Shown here: in pieces, positions 34,959 to 41,271 of the stretch
How the letters are laid out: each line of letters begins with the position of its first letter
Position numbering within the stretch: position 1 is the first letter of the stretch
IMG/VR virus record: IMGVR_UViG_3300005611_000068
Location: 1-41,271 of that record
Length of the DNA stretch: 41,271 bases
Strand: one strand, 5' to 3'
Source of the DNA: a virus
Taxonomy: Duplodnaviria; Caudoviricetes
Translations under genes and position numbers: made by a program
The notes under the pieces: model-generated
What the model saw: the letters and a program-made list of their open reading frames with translations, nothing else
Databases searched by the model: none
What the model was told of the DNA's origin: nothing

Positions 34959-35771
34959 TTACATGATGTCTTCAGCGTCGAAGGTATCACCGGAAGTAGA
35001 GCCACCAGCTTGTTCTTCCTGCTGGACCTTAACTTCGTTAGACTTAACAGCCTTGCTGAAAGTCATTGCAGTACCGACTAGATCCTGATCTTCAGGAGAC
35101 AAAGGTCCTTGAAGCCCGATGCCCCAGCCATACCAGTTACCCATGTCGTTCTGCTGATGAATCGTAGTCAGACGATAACGGTTCAAGAACATTGGAGCGG
35201 GTACACGCTGGCCCTTAGAGTTTAGACGAGTCTGCATCTTCATGGTAGTCACCCACTTACGCGCTTTGGTGAGCTGAGAGGACTTCATGGGAATAACGGC
35301 CTGAGAGATATTACCGTTGTCATCTTCGAGCAACACATAGAAGTATGCGGTCTCTTCGACATAGTTACCGTTGTCAAGAACATACTTACCTTTATCATCT
35401 TTGGTAGCCATATCAAGAATGGAACGTGATTCGTGTTCCTTGATAAGACCAAGACCGCTCTCGCGTGGAGCCCATTCAACATACGCCTTACGATATGCGC
35501 ATGGGATCACATTAACGCCTTCCTCACCGTCGTACACGGTTGCGGTAACGCTGTTATAGATGTAACCTGCTTCTGCACCTTCTACATATGCGCCATCACG
35601 CTTATTTACTTGTGGGCTTAACGCTTGAAGTATCTGTAGTAAAGGGATCGCCATGTCATCTTTAGAGACATCTTCAAGCCCAGTTTCCAAATCATCAAAC
35701 GACTCGTCCAGTACAAGTAGTGCTTTTGGTTCATTATCCACCACCGCTAGGTCTGCTTTCTTAGTTGGCAT
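34959..35771 (-). CDS. Putative ssDNA-binding protein
   Basis: IPxLxILQxLSPQ, YVEW, MKSSQLxxARKW, aromatic GNWYGW, acidic C-terminus. Confidence 0.6.
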   Translation of the reverse strand: MPTKKADLAVVDNEPKALLVLDESFDDLETGLEDVSKDDMAIPLLQILQALSPQVNKRDGAYVEGAEAGYIYNSVTATVYDGEEGVNVIPCAYRKAYVEWAPRESGLGLIKEHESRSILDMATKDDKGKYVLDNGNYVEETAYFYVLLEDDNGNISQAVIPMKSSQLTKARKWVTTMKMQTRLNSKGQRVPAPMFLNRYRLTTIHQQNDMGNWYGWGIGLQGPLSPEDQDLVGTAMTFSKAVKSNEVKVQQEEQAGGSTSGDTFDAEDIM

Positions 35772-35782
35772 AACAATCTCCT

Positions 35783-36352
35783 TTAGGATTTAACGATCTT
35801 AGTTTTAGAGCCGATAAAGATACCGAACAGTTGTTCAGGAATATCGACACCTTTCTGGGTCTGCTCTTTAGCCCAAGCCTTGAGCGTAGAAGCATGAACA
35901 GACTTCTTGTCGGTGGGGATTAGACCACGCGCACGAAGTGCATCTACGGTTTCATGTGCCTTGGTGTCTTCATCTTTATTGAAGCGCACCGTAACTTCAT
36001 GCTTGATGATGTCCGCATAGCCGTGGTCCTCCAACCAACCGAACGCTTCTATTTCACGCTCTTTGGAGATATACGCACTAACGAAATCAGTAACCGTAAT
36101 CTTGGTTCCATCTTGCAGCTTAATCTCGGATAAGCCGGACTCGTTTAACGCTTCCGGTAAGTCTTGTTCAGACACCTTACGAAGATCTTCTTTTGCAATC
36201 TTCAGGTCCTGTTCAAGTTCTTCGACACGCTGCTGCAGCATAATCTGCTGGTTTGCTAACTCTGACACGCGTGATAACGAGGCGTCGTCTGGGGCATCCC
36301 CAAACTCTACATCGTCTGCGCCGAGTAGATCATCTAGATCAAAAGTCGACAT
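35783..36352 (-). CDS. Conserved replication-module protein
   Basis: Coiled coil + LPExxxExG...AFxWL.xxG...IIK...VHxSTLKAW family. Confidence 0.7.
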   Translation of the reverse strand: MSTFDLDDLLGADDVEFGDAPDDASLSRVSELANQQIMLQQRVEELEQDLKIAKEDLRKVSEQDLPEALNESGLSEIKLQDGTKITVTDFVSAYISKEREIEAFGWLEDHGYADIIKHEVTVRFNKDEDTKAHETVDALRARGLIPTDKKSVHASTLKAWAKEQTQKGVDIPEQLFGIFIGSKTKIVKS

Positions 36353-36749
36353 TATCTATCTCTCCTTTCTTACGCTTTACACGAACAGGAATACTCGGTT
36401 GAGTTGCTCTTGGAGCATCACTCAGTTCGTACTCTTCTCGTGAATTATTCAGATCAACACTGATTGGAAAATACTGGCTTGTGAACTTATCCCACTTCAG
36501 CAAATTAAAAACCCCGTTGTTAGCCTTTGCTGCAACCGCACACGCTATGCCAATAGCTGCGGGGTCGCCCATCAAAAGTAGATAGTCCTCCTTCGAGAAT
36601 TTACCAAGAGCTTTGTTTAACCTGCGAACGGTAGGACCGGGACTCAAGACAATATTTGCATTGGAAGGTAGAAGCACTTCTAGTTCGCCAAACTCGCGAG
36701 CCGGAAGGACATTCCTACCATTAGCTTCTTGAATTACATAAACGGTCAT
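36339..36749 (-). CDS. Hypothetical conserved protein
   Basis: VYVIQE...PAxxFG...DYLLLMGDP...LLKWD; first gene after promoter. Confidence 0.7.
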   Translation of the reverse strand: MTVYVIQEANGRNVLPAREFGELEVLLPSNANIVLSPGPTVRRLNKALGKFSKEDYLLLMGDPAAIGIACAVAAKANNGVFNLLKWDKFTSQYFPISVDLNNSREEYELSDAPRATQPSIPVRVKRKKGEIDNVDF

Positions 36750-36796
36750 TACTATCCTCTCTGTTTGCGGTAGGGTCTTGCCCTAACCGTAGCCCT

Positions 36797-36827
36797 ATTA
36801 TAACGACCAAAAGGGCGGAAGTAAAGC
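36797..36827 (-). promoter_or_regulatory. Promoter GCTTTACT-17-TATAAT
   Basis: Followed by hairpin CGGTTAGGG/CCCTACCG. Confidence 0.7.
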
Positions 36828-36879
36828 GGCCCGCTAGGGTACGCCAGAGCCTATCGGAACGTATAGTGTTTTTAGATCT

Positions 36880-37085
36880 CGTTTTATAAAAAATTTTTAA
36901 AAAATCGTTCGAAAAAAGTAATAAAGTAATAGAAGTCTTCGATTCCCGTTTAAAATCGAGGAGTTAGAGTCTATTAGTAAGCTATTGTTTAAGTTTAAAT
37001 CTATTAGAGTTTTAATAGATTGTATCAAAGGGTTAAGAACATCTTAAGTCAACCTATCCCCTCGGCAAAAATCCTATTACTTGTT
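36880..37085. repeat. AT-rich non-coding region with CTATTA/TAATAG repeats (origin-like, copy R)
   Basis: Inverted homolog of 17281-17430; between divergent promoters. Confidence 0.65.
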
Positions 37086-37124
37086 TTAATAATTTTATCT
37101 CTGTTAAAAATACTCTATGCGTCG

Positions 37125-37166
37125 TTTACTTTCTGCCCGTTCTACGTTATACTTGCCCGTAGAAAG
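37125..37166 (+). promoter_or_regulatory. Promoter TTTACT-17-TATACT + TAGAAAG
   Basis: Upstream of SNF2 helicase gene. Confidence 0.6.
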
Positions 37167-37184
37167 AAGAACTAGGAACCTCCT

Positions 37185-38642
37185 ATGGAACAAAAATACC
37201 GGTTTAAGCACCAGCCCTACGCACATCAGTTAAAAGCGTTAAAGGATTCTTGGAACAAGAACGAATGGGCTTGGCTAATGGACATGGGCACAGGTAAGAC
37301 TAAAGTCGCCATTGATAATATGGCTGTGCTGTACGACAAGGGAGCAATTACAGGCGCACTGATTATTGCACCAAAAGGTGTTTACCGTAACTGGACGGAT
37401 AAAGAAATTCCGCAACACCTTCCTGAACACGTGGAGTATCGCGTAGGTACATGGTCCTCGGCTCTTAGTAAGCAGGAAGAGCGTAAGATCATCGATCTCT
37501 TTGATCCAGATATCCATGACCTAAAGATTCTGGTTATGAACGTAGAGGCATTCTCTTCGGGTAAGGGTACGAAACTCGCTGAGAAGTTTCTGTTAGCACA
37601 CTCGACCTACATGGCGATTGATGAAAGCACTACGATCAAGAATCCGAAAGCTAAACGCACCAAGACTATGGTGAAATTAGGAAAATTTGCGAAGTTCCGT
37701 AGGATCATGACCGGTAGTCCGGTAACGAAATCCCCTTTGGATCTCTACTCGCAGTGCGAATTCTTGAATCCTCAGCTTCTAGGGTTTCCTAGCTACTACT
37801 CGTTCTGCGTTCGCTATGCAAATATGATCAAGCGCAGCAGCGGTAGTCACACCTACCATCAGATTCTTGGCTTCCAAAACCTTGATGAGCTTTCTGAAAT
37901 CTTAAAGAGCTTCTCCACCCGTGTTCTGAAAGAGGAATGCTTAGATCTCCCAGAGAAAGTATTTACGACTCGTCGGATCGAAATGACTCCTGACCAGAAG
38001 CGTATGTACAAAGAGATGAAGAAGTACGCAATGGCCGTAATCAACGAGGAAGGAGCAGCTGTATCCGCCACCGTTGTAATCACTCAGCTACTCCGGCTGC
38101 ATCAGATAAGCTGTGGCTTTGCTACCTCGGACGATGGTACTGTAACCAAGATTCCGAACAACCGCCTTAGTGAGCTGATGTCGATTTTGGAAGAGACAGA
38201 CGGGAGGGTAATTCTTTGGGCTACCTATCGCCACGATATTCAGCTGTTGGAAGAAGAAATATCCAAGGCCCATGGTCCAGAGTCCGTGGTTACTTATTAC
38301 GGAGACACCACCGTAGAAGAACGCCGAGAAGCGGTGAAATCGTTTCAGGATCCGAATAGTCCGGTACGGTTCTTTATCGGAAATCCGTCTACGGGCGGGT
38401 ATGGCTTGACTTTGACAGAGGCGAACACGGTAATTTACTATTCAAACAGCTACGATCTAGAAAAGCGGCTACAATCTGAGGACCGTGCACACCGTATTGG
38501 GCAGACCAAGAGTGTGACGTATATTGACTTAATCGCCGAAGGAACCGTTGATGAGAAGATCGTGAAGGCTTTGCTAAATAAGCAAAATATCGCGAATCAG
38601 ATCATGGATGAAGAATGGAAAGAATGGCTAAAACAGGAGTAA
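37185..38642 (+). CDS. SNF2-family (SF2) helicase
   Basis: MDMGTGKT, IDEST.IKN, TGSP, QLLRLHQI, GGYGLTLT, QSEDRAHRIGQ. Confidence 0.92.
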   Translation: MEQKYRFKHQPYAHQLKALKDSWNKNEWAWLMDMGTGKTKVAIDNMAVLYDKGAITGALIIAPKGVYRNWTDKEIPQHLPEHVEYRVGTWSSALSKQEERKIIDLFDPDIHDLKILVMNVEAFSSGKGTKLAEKFLLAHSTYMAIDESTTIKNPKAKRTKTMVKLGKFAKFRRIMTGSPVTKSPLDLYSQCEFLNPQLLGFPSYYSFCVRYANMIKRSSGSHTYHQILGFQNLDELSEILKSFSTRVLKEECLDLPEKVFTTRRIEMTPDQKRMYKEMKKYAMAVINEEGAAVSATVVITQLLRLHQISCGFATSDDGTVTKIPNNRLSELMSILEETDGRVILWATYRHDIQLLEEEISKAHGPESVVTYYGDTTVEERREAVKSFQDPNSPVRFFIGNPSTGGYGLTLTEANTVIYYSNSYDLEKRLQSEDRAHRIGQTKSVTYIDLIAEGTVDEKIVKALLNKQNIANQIMDEEWKEWLKQE

Positions 38643-38645
38643 CCC

Positions 38646-38888
38646 ATGCCAAAGATTGAACAACAAGCCACTGTTGGTGGTACTCGTGAAGATGGCTCTA
38701 CCATCCTCCTACCGGAAGTCGAGGTCAAAATTGAAAACGCTGCTACTGGCGAAGAATACGATGACGATAATGCGGCTGCGGCAGATGTAGCAAATCCGGC
38801 TACTGCTACCACTGATGCAGATATCAAGCGCAGTGTAGCGATTCGTGTATTGAAAGGTGTTGGAGCAACAGGCGACGCAGGTATTTAG
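38646..38888 (+). CDS. Hypothetical acidic protein
   Basis: 80 aa, AGGAG RBS. Confidence 0.65.
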   Translation: MPKIEQQATVGGTREDGSTILLPEVEVKIENAATGEEYDDDNAAAADVANPATATTDADIKRSVAIRVLKGVGATGDAGI

Positions 38889-38993
38889 ATTTTTCACCTG
38901 TCAGCGGTTGACAGGCTGTGCTATTTGACATGAGAACTCCGGTAGCACAGGGTTGATGGACGGCACACCGGCTGTCGAAATCGCAAGCCGGTA

Positions 38994-39173
38994 TTATTCT
39001 CCTCGGTCGATCTCTACGACTGTTTCTTGATCAAGGTTCAAGGTCCCTGCTCGCTGCAACTCTTTGCATAAGACATAGCGAGTGTACCGATTCTCGACTA
39101 CTTCGTAATGTGTACCGCCGAGCCAAAACTTCTCGCCATCGAGTACGCTACCGAGATCTGTCTCAATTTTCAT
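38994..39173 (-). CDS. Hypothetical protein
   Basis: Start MKIETD with ATGA overlap. Confidence 0.5.
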   Translation of the reverse strand: MKIETDLGSVLDGEKFWLGGTHYEVVENRYTRYVLCKELQRAGTLNLDQETVVEIDRGE

Positions 39174-39325
39174 GGATGTATACAAACTACGGTTGGATCC
39201 AGACATGGAGTAACCTCCAAATTTCCGTACAGCCGAAGCTCATCTTTAGTCATTGTTAGGTGACGCAGCTCAGCGCATCCGGAAAGAAAACTGGCTACAA
39301 CCACCCCGGCCAGCACGAGACGCAA
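39170..39325 (-). CDS. Putative small lipoprotein
   Basis: TTG start: MRLVLAGVVVASFLSGC lipobox; track start at 39406 also possible. Confidence 0.5.
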   Translation of the reverse strand: MRLVLAGVVVASFLSGCAELRHLTMTKDELRLYGNLEVTPCLDPTVVCIHP

Positions 39326-39409
39326 GTTTCGGGTTGCTCGAAACTGGTGGCCTACTCCCCCCTGTGCCTGAGAACGCATCGGGTATGTGTTTAAGGTTTC
39401 GGCCATAGA

Positions 39410-39514
39410 TCATTTTTTCATCAAGCACTTGCCCGCCGCCTTACATTTTGCAGGAGACTTGCAATGTGCACAAGGTTTAAACGCAGCTTTTTTCTTAGTG
39501 GTCGGTTTACGCAT
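39410..39514 (-). CDS. 34-aa basic Cys-rich peptide
   Basis: TAAGGAG RBS; FKPCAHCKSPAKCKAAGKC. Confidence 0.6.
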   Translation of the reverse strand: MRKPTTKKKAAFKPCAHCKSPAKCKAAGKCLMKK

Positions 39515-39524
39515 GGGGATCTCC

Positions 39525-39983
39525 TTATGACTTACCGAGGTAGAAAGAACCAGCAGCCAAGATAGAAATCTTGAGCCACTCAAATGCAACAATCGCATTT
39601 TCTAAACGCACAAATTCAGTCTGGGTCTTCGTTGTGTCGATCAGGCCCATAAAATTGAACCCAGTCGTGCGCTCAACTGGAACCAAAATATCAAGCCCCG
39701 TTAGACCACCCATCATGGCCCATGCTCCTAGACCAATCATGGACAGCACGAAAATGCGACGGGTCATCTTAGCAAAGGGATCATTACCTACTCGTGCGGC
39801 TGCGGCATCGGCAGCCTTAGTTGCACGTTCAGATGCGGCATCGGCCTCTTCGGTCTTAGCCTTCATCATGTTCATCATCATCTCATTCTGCGCTTTCTTC
39901 GCTTCCTGAGCTTTATCAATCATTTTGAAGATTCCGCCGAGGGTTGCGCCCCCAGCCATCGTCATTAACTCAATAGGAATCAT
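39525..39983 (-). CDS. Membrane protein (holin-like)
   Basis: Start MIPIEL after GGAGG; hydrophobic segments; TRR...FYLG ending. Confidence 0.6.
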   Translation of the reverse strand: MIPIELMTMAGGATLGGIFKMIDKAQEAKKAQNEMMMNMMKAKTEEADAASERATKAADAAAARVGNDPFAKMTRRIFVLSMIGLGAWAMMGGLTGLDILVPVERTTGFNFMGLIDTTKTQTEFVRLENAIVAFEWLKISILAAGSFYLGKS

Positions 39984-39984
39984 G

Positions 39985-40152
39985 TCAGCGTCCTCCCCTG
40001 AATTCGGTTTCAAAGAAATAATAGATAAGTCGAATAGCTGAAGCAGCATCCCGACGTCTATCATGGGTTAGCTCTCCCGGTTCCGTGAGAATTTCTAACG
40101 TAATCGCAAGCGCATCCATAATCTCGCGCTTTTGGTCATCACTCATCTGCAT
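39985..40152 (-). CDS. Hypothetical protein
   Basis: About 55 aa filling the gap between membrane genes. Confidence 0.45.
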   Translation of the reverse strand: MQMSDDQKREIMDALAITLEILTEPGELTHDRRRDAASAIRLIYYFFETEFRGGR

Positions 40153-40477
40153 CTTTCTTACCTTTCTTTTCCTTTCCTTTGACATAAGCATCGGCACCAA
40201 AAAATGCAGATACAACTAGACCGACGCTCATGAAATAAACGCCAGACATATCGCCGATGATCTTGGATTCATTGTCGAATCCGAGTGCGCCACTGGCGAA
40301 CACGAACAGCGGGTATCCAAGCATGCCGAACAACGCAAACCAGACCATCTTACGCTGTTGGTCCCGCTTTGCGTCCTCGTCCTCCATCTCTCTGCGCTTG
40401 GCTTCGAGGTAGATTTCCATTTCCTGCTTGCTGATGCTTCCATCACCATTGAGGTCAGCCTTTTCAAAATCAGTCAT
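40139..40477 (-). CDS. EF-hand-loop membrane protein with two TM helices (holin-like)
   Basis: DLNGDGSISKQE loop; two hydrophobic segments; basic C-terminus. Confidence 0.65.
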   Translation of the reverse strand: MTDFEKADLNGDGSISKQEMEIYLEAKRREMEDEDAKRDQQRKMVWFALFGMLGYPLFVFASGALGFDNESKIIGDMSGVYFMSVGLVVSAFFGADAYVKGKEKKGKKDADE

Positions 40478-40478
40478 G

Positions 40479-40916
40479 TCAATTTCCTGACAGTGGATTG
40501 TCCAACGCCTTCTGAAGTTTGTCTTCAAGTTCGGCTTTGGTGTCTTCAACCTTAGCCTCGAACTTGTCCATTTTATCCTCGAATCTAACGATCTTGTCGT
40601 TGACGCGCTTCTCAATATCGTAGGTTAGCTGCTTGGCATCCCTGAGATTCTGCTCGATGGACTCCAACAGGCGTTCCTGTGTTTCGATCTTGCTACTGGT
40701 CTGCTCCATCTGTGCGGCATAGGCTCCTAGATCAAGACTGGCGATCTCCTCAACCTTTTGGTACATGGTAAAGCCACCGTACAGCGCACCCAGCACAGAG
40801 CCAATCCCGGCAATCGCCATGCCGATGGTAGTCGGAGTCATGCGTAGACCAAAGACTGTGAACGCCTTGTCCTTCAGCCCTTCGATCTCGTCTAGCTTGT
40901 CGCCTAAGTCAGCCAT
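40479..40916 (-). CDS. Membrane-anchored coiled-coil protein
   Basis: TM IGMAIAGIGSVLGALYGGF then heptads, ending ALDNPL. Confidence 0.65.
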   Translation of the reverse strand: MADLGDKLDEIEGLKDKAFTVFGLRMTPTTIGMAIAGIGSVLGALYGGFTMYQKVEEIASLDLGAYAAQMEQTSSKIETQERLLESIEQNLRDAKQLTYDIEKRVNDKIVRFEDKMDKFEAKVEDTKAELEDKLQKALDNPLSGN

Positions 40917-41271
40917 CAAACCCACCTAACTTCCGCAGATTCTCAAGTTCCTGTTGCAGCTTCATCACCTCTAGTCGTCTGGCTTGGAGTTCCAGTTGGT
41001 AAAGCGTATTGCAGTTGATTCGTTCTCTTGGGGCATCCAGCGGTATTACGATTCTTGCATATAGGCCGATGTCCTTGGTCTGCGGATTGTTCGGATCTTC
41101 ACTGCCAAATGGGGTGACGGCATTGTTTACAATTCCTGTTGCACCAATCTCAAAGTTGCTGGCTCCGCCAATGGCGTTCTTGCAGTCCAAATCTCCTGCC
41201 CTGAATGAGTCCGTACCGTAGCTGCTACCAGCATTGGGCAGTTGCAGGTTGAGCGAGGAGGAATCTGCCAT
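40909..41271 (-). CDS. Hypothetical protein, probably 5'-truncated by window edge
   Basis: DSFRAGDLDC...YARIVIPL...RINCNxLYxLEL. Confidence 0.6.
   Translation of the reverse strand: MADSSSLNLQLPNAGSSYGTDSFRAGDLDCKNAIGGASNFEIGATGIVNNAVTPFGSEDPNNPQTKDIGLYARIVIPLDAPRERINCNTLYQLELQARRLEVMKLQQELENLRKLGGFDG

Noticed and set aside
38952-38982. Hammerhead-like TTGATG-stem-GAAA
   Set aside because: The core lacks the canonical CUGANGA and I could not form stems I and III.
1-41271. tRNA, integrase, intron/intein, reverse transcriptase, alternative genetic code
   Set aside because: None recognised by eye. Core genes are uninterrupted in the standard code.

Overview
This window is part of a dsDNA tailed-phage genome. 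There are no host genes and no integrase, tRNA or CRISPR array. Almost all genes are on the - strand. From 1 to 14.8 kb lies the virion module: tail fibre with a peptidase-S74-type chaperone start, head-tail proteins, Mu-gpT-like major capsid, scaffold, GroES, portal and terminase large subunit. From 15.0 to 16.3 kb, two + strand paralogous gene cassettes sit between terL and terS. An AT-rich repeat region follows at 17.2-17.7 kb. From 17.8 to 25.5 kb are small early genes driven by a repeated promoter/leader motif. From 25.7 to 36.7 kb is a replication and DNA-modification module: VRR-NUC, PolA (Leu762 type), Nmad1-like protein, dUMP hydroxymethylase-like TS, aGPT-Pplase1/5hmdU DNA kinase, SAM methyltransferase, UvrD, primase-like protein and SSB-like protein. 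A second AT-rich region at 36.9-37.1 kb is an inverted, register-conserved copy of the first. The window ends with an SNF2 helicase and membrane/lysis-like genes. The layout recalls marine YuA-polymerase-type/HTVC023P-like phages (inference only). Best leads: (1) a thymine-hypermodification cluster with a methyltransferase but no recognisable amino-acid:DNA transferase; (2) two inverted origin-like elements about 19.6 kb apart; (3) a GA/TC-avoiding gene cassette with G4 tracts at the probable genome end; (4) a promoter + hairpin + TAGAAAG regulon with four related wHTH-like proteins; (5) two pseudoknot-capable intergenic RNAs. All family calls come from motif recognition by eye and all counts are hand counts.
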